From NCBI RefSeq assembly GCF_001194135.2, contig NC_069003.1:35051925-35100309 (forward strand): a DNA stretch of 48,385 nt, written 5' to 3'. Shown here in pieces: positions 12,150 to 24,540 of the stretch. The DNA comes from Octopus bimaculoides (taxonomy: Eukaryota). The notes under the pieces were generated by a model. The model was not told the origin of the DNA and ran no database searches. It was given only the letters and a program-made list of their open reading frames with translations. A program made the translations under genes and the position numbers. How positions within the stretch are numbered: position 1 is the first letter of the stretch; each line of letters starts with the position of its first letter.

Positions 12150-12490
12150 CTGAGACCCCCTTCGGTCATGACTGACCATGGGATTGCACCTAGGAAGTTA
12201 CCCTCTCAGGCACAAGTCTGGACAAGGTTGTTTTATGGAAGACCAGTAGTCGCCCATGCATACCAGCCTCTTCTCTCCCTGCCACCACTGTTATCCAAGA
12301 GAAAGGCAAAGGGGCTGATACAGCTTGGCACCAGTGACGTCGCAACTCATTTCTACAGCTGAGTGAACTGGAGCAACGTGAAATAAAGTGTTTTGCTCAA
12401 GAACACAACACGCAGCCTGGTTCAGGGTTCGAACTCACAACCTCATGATCGTAAGCTCAATGCTCTAACCACTGAGCCATGCGCCTTCAC
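12150..12490 (-). mobile_element. tRNA-derived SINE, family C (Arg-like ACG anticodon loop, consistent with octopus OR-type SINEs). Second copy at about 15270-15585(-). The same head occurs with other tails at about 20432-20740(+), 26860-27165(+), 35745-36047(-) and 45990-46240(-).
   Basis: Minus-strand A box TGGCTCAGTGG, loop TTACGAT and B box GTTCGAACC, followed by the shared core TTGTGTTCTTGAGCAAAACACTTTATTTCACGTTGCTCCAGT. Confidence 0.85.
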
Positions 12491-13872
12491 AAGTAAACCA
12501 CAAGAAATAGACAACTGACGATTTTACCTTCAGATCATCAACGAAGGCTGTTATAGTGTTCCAACCCATGTCAGCATGGAAGATGGATGTTAAAAGAAAA
12601 TGGTAACAATGATGCATTCTCTCTATGGTCACGACAAACAACTCTTCAATGATTCTGCCAGAAAGTTAAGTAAAAATTTACTCTTTATTACAAGTTAACA
12701 CAATTATATGTTCTGCATGAGTGAATATTCTATAAGAGCTTTCTTCTACATTAACGACAACAACAAAAAAAAAAAACCTGCTGATTCTTTCATATTGAGG
12801 AGACATCATCATTCCCTCTCTTTTTCAGCCTTGTTGCCTTTTCGTCTATGTCACAAGGGAAAAGCTGTGTGAGTGAATGACATTATCTACCAATACCGAA
12901 GGATTGTCAAAAAAACATTGTCCTTAACATAAAATCGAAATTATATATGTTTAATTAGACAGACATTTTGGTAATAAGGAGCACACTGCCCTATTTATAG
13001 TTTATTAAATTGAGGATCCAATGTATATCATCATATATNNNNNNNNNNNNNNNNNNNNNNNNNNNNNNNNNNNNNNNNNNNNNNNNNNNNNNNNNNNNNN
13101 NNNNTATATATATGTATGTATATATATATAGATCACTGTGTGTGTGTTATTCAACAGATTGAAATATTACCATTAGTTATATAATAAATAGTAAGATATT
13201 TAATATTTCAAAAACCAGGTTGGATGGGCACAACACAGCCTTTACTTATTTTCATAAAGATATATATATTTTGCCATCTTAGAATTCTGCTGGGTCTGGT
13301 TTCCTCATATGGGAAGGGGAATAATTCAGAGATTCTGACAGGTTTATTCTCCTTCCAAATCTATAACTTTCAGGTCAGCTTTACAATTCTAGGAAGAAAA
13401 CCACAGGTTTAATAAAATATTTACACGCACACACACCAAGTGAGGCCATAGGCCGAGGTGCTGAAGAAATGCTGTAAAGTTAAGCGCTTTATGGACGTGA
13501 AACCCTGAATAACCCCATATGTGTCTTTGTGTTTGTCACCCACACCGCTTGACAACGCATAATGGCTTATTTACACCCCAGTAACTTAGCGGTTTGGTGT
13601 AAGGGACCAATAGGATAAGGACCAAGCTAAAGGCGGAAAAAAAAAAGTACTGTGGTTGATTTGTTCAACTGAAACCCCTGACAACAGGGCCCCGGCATGA
13701 TCACAGTCCAAATGACTGAAATAAGTTAAAGAATAAAAGGTAAAGATATAAACCTCACACACACACACCCTTGTCCTACCCAGGTGGTTTCACTGTGCCA
13801 AAGGAAATATATGCATTGAGATAGAATAACTATATATAATATGAGAAAAATGGCAAGATGCCTTCAACTTAC

Positions 13873-13908
13873 ACGTGTGATCTTGGAGAAAGATAATCCT
13901 GATGGAGA
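13873..13908 (-). CDS. Candidate 36-nt phase-2/phase-2 coding exon ([D]LHQDYLSPRSH[V])
   Basis: Strong acceptor TTTTATTTCCTTTTATTTTCAG and donor CGT|GTAAGT. Length is a multiple of 3, and it is open in the frame set by the 16545 donor and the exon at 30. Confidence 0.55.
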
Positions 13909-14112
13909 CTGAAAATAAAAAGGAAATAAAATAAATAAAAATAAAATAATGGAATCATGTGAGGAGCTAAATTCGCAAGACATTTTTAGCTTCGCTTCAG
14001 GCAAGATGAAGACATTAAGGGAGGTTAGTCTTGTTGACTTAGTCTGCTAAGCTACTAAGGGAGACTACTTTTATTCAATAATTTGGTGAGTATGTGTGCG
14101 TGAGTAAGAAGG

Positions 14113-14145
<33 letters not shown>

Positions 14146-14146
14146 G

Positions 14147-14195
<49 letters not shown>

Positions 14196-16544
14196 ACAAA
14201 GAGAGAAAGCAATTTTTAAACATGGCTCCAGCTCGAATCTTTTAATCAGAGTTCAAACCCCGTCCGACACTTTCTTTCTTTGTCCCTCTCAAGATCAATA
14301 AAAACCTTGTCTATGTTTTGGAAATAGGAAGGAAAACCAACAGAAAGAGCCAAAAATTACACCAACTCGCGTCTGTAAATTGTCCGGAATTCAAAAGAGA
14401 ACAAATATGACTTTTATTAGGTCTCACACCTCTCACATTTAATAGCTTTTATCCGTTCTGGTAGAACAACAAAATCTCCTCTATTAGCCACACAATGCTT
14501 TGAGAGAGGATCAAAGCCAGGAATGTAAAACAAGTGGATCTAAAGACCCAGTCTTCAACTACACAATATCAGTGTAGTGAATTACTCATTGAAAGATTTC
14601 GTTTTTTTTTCCTTTGGTGTTTAAGTTCAAAGAACCACAAAGTTTCCACTCTGGTTTATAACTTTGTTTATTTTTATTAAGACAAGACTCCCAATAACAA
14701 TTAGACAGAGAGGACATTCAGCAGATCTTATTAAAGAATAAACTAGAATAATAAACAATTAACCATAAATCAATCTCTTTCCACTTCATCACATTCTAGC
14801 ATCAACTCGACTGTGTTAAACTCCTGTGCTTGAACTTACAAAGATTGGAACATTTATAGCTGAAGTACTTTTATAACTGGTTCAGGCCTCCTTCCCAGCC
14901 ATCTCAATCTAGATCAACCCTCCCTCCTGGCCAGCAACAATAAAGTAGGTGTGCTATCTTTTTGCAATTAAGAAAACTTAAATAAGCGAAGCGTTGTTGT
15001 CTTGGCTGGAAGTAGAACAGAACAACCTGACTAAGATTTGGATACATGGCATTCTACGTTAAGAGTTTAATTAATTGTAATTTGAAATGCATTAAAGCAA
15101 GTCACTCCAGGACAAATATTTGAAAGTTTCCACAAATATATTCACAAAAGACCTCATCGTTGCTACAGAAAAATATACGAAAATATACATATTTTTGGTC
15201 ATATAGGGATCTTAACTCTTTAGCATTTGGATTACTCTGTGAAAGGTAAACGGAGTAAAGGGTGGTGGGTAAAGATCCCCTTTGGTCATAAATGACCATG
15301 GAATTGCACCTAAAATGTTCCCCTCCAACGCACAAGTCTAGGCAAGATTAGTTATGGAAGACCAGCAGTTGCCCATGCATATCAGCCTCCTCTCTCTCCA
15401 CTCCACCGATGTTATCCAAGGGAAAGGCAAAGGGGCCGATACAGCTTGGCACCAGAGACATCGCGACTCATTTCTACAGCTGAGTGAACTGGAACAACAT
15501 GAAATAAAGTGTCTTGCTCAAGAACACAACACACAGCCCAGTCTGGGAATCGAACTCATTATTTCATGATCGTGAGGCCAGCACTTTGGGATGTGGGATA
15601 AATCACCCGCTGGAGAAGATGCTAATCAACCAAAAAGCAGGAAAGCTCTATCTCCATTCTTCCCCAGCTATATGTGGAGCAAGGTGAATAATAATGCTGT
15701 TTTGTCTAGAAACACAATTAGAATGCCTGTTGCTGGTTTGAACTCACAAACTACAAGTTGGCAGTTGAATACCTCAGCCATTCATCCACATCATTATCAT
15801 CATCCTCTTGCTATTAAATTCTGTGATTACAAAAAGTCAAATAATTGACCATTTATAAAGAATAAATAAAGTATTCATTTCTTTTTTATATGTGGAATTT
15901 AGCAATTAAGCTGCTACAGATAATTAAACAGACAAAATAAAGGACAAGCATATATAAATGGCCAATTGCCTGGACTAGAAGTGGCCATTTGCCCAACAAA
16001 TTAAAAGAAGATCATTAATTGATGTTGTTCCGACATGTAAATCACAAGCAAAGATTGTCAATACAAGTTCAATGTTCCCCACCTTAACATAAACTGGTTG
16101 GATGGGTATTCAAATTTAGACATTGTGTAAACTAAGTGAGCATCAAAAGGAATTACTTTACATGGCAAAATGCCATTCGTACCTCTAGCATCGATAAACT
16201 TACCTTCAGATGAAGCAACCTCTTATGTAGGTTATTGACGTGCTAAACATAGCAGCCAAATACTCCTGCATTACAGATTCCTTCCTTATACAAAAGCAAC
16301 ACACAACTAACAAACCTTCCATCTTGATACAAATATCAGACTCACAATCTCTCAAGATCTTTTATACAAATTTTGCCAGAATGATTACAACAAAGTCTTC
16401 CCTGGCAAAATTTGAACTCAGATTATGAAGAGATGTAATTAAACACCACAAGGTATTTTGTCTTGGCACACTATCAATTCTGCCATCAACTCATCAAGAT
16501 ATGTTTCTAAACAATAAAAAGAAGGGAAAACTTATTTTACTTAC

Positions 16545-18481
16545 TCTCGACTGAGTAGTTTATCTTGTTCATCGGGAGTCATAGCCTCAACTGAGGTAGT
16601 TTCATCTGTTATTTGGAATAAAATATCCTTTTCTGATAAAGCCTGTGATGAACTTTCTTCATCTTCAGCCTCATAACTAGTGTATTCCATCGGAGGGTGG
16701 GCGGACTTTGCAACCTCTCCGTTGGTTCCTTGAAGGTCGGAATATTTTGAGGACAGATTGTCTGCAGACACAGGACAACCACTCACAGTTTTTGAAATAA
16801 ACTTAAGGTCCTTGTTTTCGGGGGATTTTGGAATAGATTTTCGCGGTGGAGGAACCGGTGGGGACACAACTGGCACATTTACACAAGTATTTGTGGGTGA
16901 AGGCATTACTTTTGGAAACTGTACTCTGTTTTCTGTGGTTAAAAATTCCTTGTGTGCTCCGGTTGGGCTGTCTTCAAGTTGGGGAGAGGTCATTTCAATG
17001 ACACTATTGCGATAAGAAGAAGTAACATCAGAGCTCGACACCTCACTCAACTTATCGATGTCATTAATGCCATCAGTGAGACCATCGGACACTCTCGGTA
17101 TCTGATGAAGTTGATTGAATTGGTGAAATTCTTCTTCCATTTGAAGTTGATCAGCATCTTTTTTATTTCCATGGCTGCTATGCAATAGAAGCTGAGTACC
17201 CCTTGACGATAAATCTGATTCAATTTCTTCTAAAAGTCCATAACTACTAAATTCATTTTCTTCATCTTGAAAATCCCTCGACAACATGCCCGCTGGGATA
17301 TCTTCTGTTGAACATGCAGCACTGTTATCACTATGTGGATAGCTGACAGATGAATCTGGTGTTGAAAATGTTCGTGTTTCCTCAACGGAGCTCTCAGGAC
17401 TATCAAGATTGTCATTTAAAGATTTTTGTGAGGAATAATCTCTATTTTGATCTACATTTAAACTCGTCACTTTACACTGGTCTAAATCAAGCAACACTGC
17501 TCGCTTCATTTGTTTTCTCTTCCAGAGAAGATTTCCGGAAACATTACAAAGTTCATTCTTATCATTCAGGGACCCAGCTGGACTCTTCATGCTTGTGTGC
17601 ACAGTTGGGCTACCTGTAGTTATTGCGTTTTTAACCAGTGCATCTGCAGACTCTGCACTTGCAACTGATTTTACGATTGTTGATTCTGAATCAGGAATGT
17701 TGTAGTTTGGCTGAGAGACAGAATCTTTAATCTTTAAGTTTGGCTCGCTACAACCCCTCGGCCGCAGAAATTGATCCTTCACAGAAGACTTCAAATTGTT
17801 ATCTACTTTAGCATTACATTTCGAAAGCTTGGAGTCTGAACTCGAATGTGTGTCATTCAGTTTTGATTTCAATGATGAATCCCCTTGTGATGAACCAAGC
17901 GATTCTTGGGATGGTGACCGCTTTCGATTTTCTGGACTTGCGGAAGAACTAGAAGTTGGTGACCAGATTGGAGAAGTGATACTCAAGTTTCTGCTTCTGC
18001 CGCCAACTTTCCGAGACCGTTCTTTTGCAATACGAGTCTCCTCTTCAAGTTTGGCAAACATAGCACGTGTGCTGTTGAACCGTTGAACATGATTTGATGC
18101 TTTCAGCAATGGAGAGGTTTTTGTGGGGGAAGATTCTTTCGGTTTCACTCCCGAGCCATCTACGCTTCTCTTCTGCTTATATTCCGGAGATACCTCCGAA
18201 GCAAAACCATGAGATGTTTGTATCTTTTCTTCACTCTTTGCAGAATTAAATATGTTTTTTAATTTACTTACGTTAGTCCCGCACCGATTTCTGTTCCTCG
18301 ATCGTTCAGAAGCTAAATCTTCAAATGAAGACTTCAAATTATGAAACTGCTGCTGGCAAGCTAAGTCTTCAGGTGAAGACGATCGCAAGTCAACTCTATG
18401 TATACTACCGCTATTACTTCCACTCCGTGACCGGCTGGCAGCCACAACTTCATCTCTTGCACTACTTATAGGATTAGCCAT
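16545..18481 (-). CDS. PPP1R9A: Large first coding exon of a neurabin/spinophilin-like PP1 regulatory scaffold (about 645 aa N-terminal region)
   Basis: 1937-nt non-repetitive ORF segment starting at AAGATGG (strong Kozak), with an in-frame stop upstream. Ends at donor GA|GTAAGT (16544). Motifs CGTNVSKLKNIF (18248-18283), HVQRFNSTRAMFAKLEEE (18038-18091) and MTPDEQDKLLS resemble recalled neurabin/Drosophila Spinophilin N-terminal motifs. The PP1-binding, PDZ and coiled-coil regions are not in the window, so the identity rests on short motifs. The ORF-track start at 18520 is a TTG. Confidence 0.7.
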
Positions 18482-18742
18482 CTTCAACAATGCCCAAGAC
18501 TCAACGTAGAAGACGTCCAAATCAATTTTACACCCAAGATGACTTCCTGTGTATAAAAGGGTGCCAGTGCAAAAGCAGGATTGGGTTTGTCATTATATGT
18601 ACATATATTCTTGTCCTTATTGAAAGAAGGGACATACATCAATGAAAGTAGGGGGTCTCGCAAACACCAAGAAATAGCATCATTTTGTCCCATATCTGTA
18701 CTGGAAGATATCATTGTCTCGTCATTTGCTTTATTCCTCAAC
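18482..18742 (-). other. 5' leader portion of the large exon
   Basis: Acceptor TTTGTTTTCTTTTCTTTCTAATCTGCAG|G (AG at 18744-18743). The main frame is closed by TGA at 18592-18590. Confidence 0.65.
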
Positions 18743-18957
18743 CTGCAGATTAGAAAGAAAAGAAAACAAACATAAATATTAATTATCATAAAAAATTTGT
18801 TTTTAACTTAAATTAAAAAAAAAAAATTTTAATTTTCATACAAATTTTTTCAATACTTTCATTTTTTGAGGTTTTTAAAACTTTCCCCTTTTCAGGGCAT
18901 AAATATTTTTAGAAAACATACTTCTAAACTAAATATGATCATTTATATATACCTCAC

Positions 18958-19112
18958 CTGTCAAAGTGGTTCTATGGGACAAAGCAAAGCAGGACTTGCT
19001 GTCCACTCCCCCAAAGAAGTCACAAAACACATCCCACCACCACCAGGTCCTATATATGAAGTTTGGCCTCTCATAAGCCAATATTCCTTTAATGGACTGG
19101 AAACGATTTTAC
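18958..19112 (-). other. Candidate non-coding leader exon (155 nt)
   Basis: Donor CAG|GTGAGG at 18957 and acceptor TTCATATTCAG. Visibly more GC-rich than the 215-nt AT-rich intron that follows. Confidence 0.4.
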
Positions 19113-19294
19113 CTGAATATGAACTGATGAAACTGGGGTGTGTCTAATATACCCCATGTGCCTTTTGCACCATCAAATATATAATATAATACATATAGAG
19201 TGTGTGTGTGCATACACACACACACACACATAAATATATACATATGTGTATATATGTCCCATCCATGCCAACATGGAAGGTGGATGTTAAATGA

Positions 19295-19336
<42 letters not shown>

Positions 19337-22300
19337 GTTGGACGGTTTGACAGGAGCTGGCCAGCCAGAGAGTTGCCCAGACTCCAGGTGTCTGTTGTGG
19401 AATGGTTTCCACTGCTGGATGCCCTTCCTAACACCAACCAGTTCCCAGAGTGGTGAGCTGGGTGCTTTTTACGTGCCACCAGCACAGTTGCATTTACACA
19501 GCACTGGCACATGTGTATTTCCCGTGGTACCGGCACCTGTAAAGGACATGCCTGTATGTATGGATGACCGCGAGTTTACTTAGCGCCACAAGGTGCTAAT
19601 AATACTCACGCTGTTAGTGATAACAAATCATACAATTAACTGTAGAGCTATGTATGGGTTTAGTCATTAGATAGAAACTATGTGAGTGAAATAAGTTGAT
19701 GATCACTCATTGAAAATAAGATGTGAAGTTAGTTATTACAATACAAACCGTTCAGTTATTAGAACACTTCTTAACAGTTACACAATATTACTGGCAGCTA
19801 TGCACTTCAGAACATCATGGACAGAAGAGCCTTCAAAGTAGTTATATACCAGCAGCTGCTTACTTTGAAACGCCTCACCGAGAAATAACTAGGATGACTG
19901 CTGGCGGCAGTGGTTGAATCAGACAATTCGTTTTTGCTTCATGATTTCATGTCCATGTTTAAACAGTTGTGTGAGAAACTATGAATGAGTTGAGAAAGCC
20001 CTCAAGGTTGATCCTAATTTAGGTCACTAACAGATGTCAAGAGACCCAAGTTTTGACCTAAACAAGTGTCAGGAGGGCTGGCTAGGTTCACACAGTTGAT
20101 CTACTTCGAAGTCAGTTAATGGTTGATGTATGGCTGCACACTCCCCTTATATGCTACCACAGTTGCTATGAAACTTCATAGAAATTCTCAAGTGCCTCCA
20201 TCACACATTAATGAGTGTCGCTGCTAGGTGACTTAATGATAGTTTATTATATGGATAACCACCAGCGCTGCTCACATGAAAAAAAAAACAATAAAAAAAA
20301 CCCACTTTAATATTATATAAAAGCACTGTACAATATATAACAATGTAATTACGCATACACTCTATCTGTCTGTCTGTTTGTCTGGATGGATGGGTGGATA
20401 GATATAGGAAGGCACACACACACACACATAATGAAGGAGCATGGCATAGAGGTTAGAGTATTGTACTCACGATTGCTATATCGCGTGTTCAATTCCTGGA
20501 CTGGGCAGCACATTGTGTTCTTGAGCAAAACACTTCATTTCATGCTGCTTCAGTCCGCTCAACTGTAAACGGGTAACCTCATGACAGAATAGCCTTCTGA
20601 TTAAAGGACATGCTGGCCTATTCACCTAGCCAGCAGGGTGGCTGTGTTCAGAAGTTAAAATGATGCAAAGCGCACCTTGCCGGCTCTGGTCAAACCATCC
20701 AACCCACGCCAGCACAGGAAACACATGATGATGATGATGAAATATTAATTTCTACAAGCATGGCAACATGGTTAAGAAACCTGTCTTGCAACCACATGGT
20801 TTTAAGTTCACTCCTACTGCAAGGTACAATAGCCCCAGGCCAACGAAGGTACCATGCATTGGGACTGAACTTGAAACCACATGGTTGTAAAATGAACTTC
20901 TAAACCACAGAGTCACGTCTGTTCTTCCAATTTTGAGTATTTTGGTTTCACTATGCAAGGTTACTAGGGTTGAACCAATCCCTCTTTAGTGTCTTTTTTC
21001 AATTGCTTGTAAAAACTAAAAACTAATATTTTCAAAAAACCACTCCTAATTAATTTGACAGTGGCTAATGACTCACTAATTACAAAATTACAATATATAA
21101 TTTATTATGCAATTGTTGAAAGTCATCATTTATATATTTGTTCCCAGATCATCATTATCATCATCTGATGTCCCTCTTCCATGCTGACATGGGTTGGACA
21201 GTTTGACCAGGGCTGGCTGCACCCAGAGGGCTGCAACCAGCTCCAGTTGTCTGCTTTGGTATAGTTTCTATGGCTGGATGCCCTTCCCTGACACCAACCA
21301 CTTTACAGAGTGAACTGGGTGCATTTATGTGGGGTCAGCATTGGTGCGTTCTATGTGATATGAGCACAGGTGTTCTTTACACCAGCACAGGTGCTTTTTA
21401 TGTGGCACCAGCACAGGTGCCTCTTACATGGCACTAGAATCTGCTAGGTCACCAAGTAACCTGCAAGACAAGGACTTCTCAGCTGAGATAGGGAGAGGAA
21501 CCAAGAGAAACAGCCAGGGGCCAGGCAAGAGGTTAGACGATCAAGAAAATACAGGTGAGAGGAAGCTTTGCAGGTGGAAGCCATGGGTTTGGTGCCACTG
21601 GTTCTGTCACTTGTTCCATTTACAAAGTGTGTAGAGCCGATTCATTTATCACTGTTATTTTGGAACCAAACCCCCATGACAAATGAAGATTCATGGTGTT
21701 TAACTTGACAATGTGGTTTATATGAGCCATTATAAAATAATCATTATACAATTATTTTAATCTTCTTAAGAAAAGGATTATTTACTTTCACCCTGCTACA
21801 GATTTCAATAATTTATTCACCATTAATCCAGTTTATTGCAGTATTAATTTTACCATCAGATTAAAAGAAAAAAACAAAACAAAAAAAAAAGCAATATAAA
21901 ATAAAGTCGTTAGTCAATAAATTACTTTTTCATCTTTAATAATAATTAGTCCTCTCCCACTAAAAATTTAATAAATTAGAAAACTCATTCTGGCAATGCT
22001 TAAGAAAAGCGTGCCATTTTCACTTTGTCAAACGGCAGCTGATATCACTTTGGAGACTCTCAAAGAATTTTGTTGTTGCTGTTCTTACACTGTGCTATGA
22101 CTAACTTGAAAAATCAAGGATGTTTTCTTTCTTTTCTTTTTTTTTTTTTTTGGTGTAATTATGAATTATTCATTTATGCTGTTGTTGTTGTTTAACATAA
22201 AATGGTGAGATGGTGCGAGATTGTTGTTTAGAATCATTGTTGTTGATTTCTGTATTTTCTGAGATGGCAATCTGATACAATCACACACCACCCTTTCTCA

Positions 22301-24488
22301 AACAGTGACAACAACAACAGCATGGAGGTGTGGTTAAAAAGTTTGCTTTGCAACCATGTGATCTCAGGTTTGATCCCACTCCAGGCTACTAAATTGGTCG
22401 AGTATTTTGTACTAAAGACTCAGGCTGACCAATGCTTTTATCAGTGACATTTGTTAGATGGAAACTATATGGAAGCCCACTGAATAAATGGACTGAGTGT
22501 GCATATTTGTGTATGTGCATGTGGGGGTTTGTGAGAGCGTGTGAGTGTATGTGGCAGGGTCTGTGCAAGTGTGTGTGTGTGTGTGTGTGTGAGGGAGCGA
22601 ATGTCTGTGAGTGTGTGTATGTCTGTGTATGTGTGAGCATGAGTGTGTGTGTTTGAGTGTGTGTGTTTGAGTGTGTGTGTGTGTGTAAATGTGTGAGCAT
22701 GTGTTTAAGTGTGTATGTCTACATGTTTGTAAGTGAATGTGTGTGTGTGTGTGTCCATGAGTGTCCCAACGCGTCTTTGCATTGGCTCCACTTCACTGGT
22801 GACATTGTTTGTGTCTGCCATAAATCAAATATCTGCTGTTTGGTTTATGAAGATATGGAATTACTGTACTTATAAAACAATGGATGGCATCAGGTGGAAA
22901 ATGGAGGTGGTGGGGTCCAGTTCACAGAATGATGTCTCAAGGAGTCTCATCCAACATGACAGCATGGGAAAAGAGGATAAGGTGATGATGATGATGAACA
23001 ATAATTTTGAACTGCACCAAAATGTATTCTCAATGACAAAAGAAGCTGACTACAACGGACAATCAAAAACAGAAAATTCTTCCCCACTCACCATCTAAGA
23101 GAAGATTCTATGATGAGTGAAGTCTATGAATGATCAATGAGATAACCTGGTATACTTACACAAGTTTACCCCCTCCTATTGACTTTGTTTCCTCATAGCT
23201 TTCAGAGAAGTGGATATTTTTTAATGAAAATTCTCTACAAATATGTTTCAGATGGTGTAGATTCCAATTTTATTAGAATTTCTGGCGGAAATTTTTTTTC
23301 CAAGGATAAAAAGAGGACTTTTGGAAAATTTACACAAGTCAGCTTTGTTTCCTCATAACTTTCAAAAAAATGTGTATTTATAAATGAAATTTTCTAGAAA
23401 TACCTTTTAGACAGTGTTGATTACAATTATATTGGAATTTAATATGAAAAAGAAACAAAACTGGACAGCACACATACACACCAACACACATTGTCAGAAA
23501 TTTCTAGTTTCTTTTTGTAGATATACAAACTGACTCACATCATATGTATATGTGCATGCCCACCAATTGTTTTTCACTCTAAATTCCAGTATAATCGTAA
23601 TTTACACACTCTGAAAGGTATTTGTAGAAAATTTCATAAGAAAATATCCATGTTTCTGAAAGATAATAAGGAAACAAATCTAGATTTGAGGATCTTGTTG
23701 ATGCATTGGTCCACAGAGTCACATAGAGTCCACAGAGTCACATAACAGAGCCATAAACGTCTAATTTGGTGAACAATCACACTTGATCTGATGCGGAGAT
23801 GGTGGTGGATGGAAGGCGGAGAGTCTGCCAATGACGGCAGCTCTGGCAACGGCACTCCTTATTTCTGACACTTGTAATTGTTCATATTAAATAATTAATC
23901 TCATTCATATTAATTATTAGTCATTATTAACCTAGAAACGGCAATATACCATCAGTGACCTATAAACTTAAATGAACCTCAGAAGGAATTTCACCTTTGA
24001 AACGCAGAGAACGGCTCAACTGCTATCATTGCAGCTCCTCCCCAGAATAACAACAGCACAACATTATAAAGGCACAGTTTTAATGATAATAGAGATAACG
24101 AGTTGTCTTAATTGAATCTTAACAAGAACTTCTAATAATTTGAACAAGAAAATACTTAAAAAAAAGAAAGAAAAAGCCTTTTGATTCCTTTCTTTTTTAC
24201 AATAATATGTACAGTACTAATTACACACACACACACATTCTTTATTTAATGTTTCTGGTACCCACATATATAACTGATACTTTTCTACTGACCCCAGGAT
24301 GGTGGGAGGTAAAGCTGACTCTACCACAATTTGAACTGAGATGGTTAACATTGTTATCTTTATACCAGACTGACTGAAAAGTATTCATCACTCTTCATTC
24401 ATAGTTGACTGATCATTCATGTTAAACTGTAAAAGTGCTTAGTTATGAAACTATTTGCTCCAATAATTAATTAAGCAAAAACCCCATT

Positions 24489-24540
<52 letters not shown>

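Noticed and set aside
12400-12490. SINE heads as functional tRNA genes
   Set aside because: They run directly into SINE bodies and lack a paired acceptor stem and terminator.
14834-14853. ATG TTC CAA TCT TT|GTAAGT mini first exon in phase 2
   Set aside because: It has a weak Kozak context and only four codons, so it cannot be distinguished from chance.
16758-18086. Plus-strand ORFs antisense to the large exon
   Set aside because: These are typical shadow ORFs with no independent signals.
18266-18271. Internal GTAAGT inside the NVSK codons as an alternative donor
   Set aside because: It would exit in phase 0, out of register with the inferred phase-2 chain, and is probably imposed by the coding sequence. 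The downstream candidate exons are also open in phase 0, so it is not strictly excluded.
18482-18520. ORF-track N-terminal extension MDVFYVESWALLK
   Set aside because: It starts at TTG. The first ATG in strong context is at 18481.
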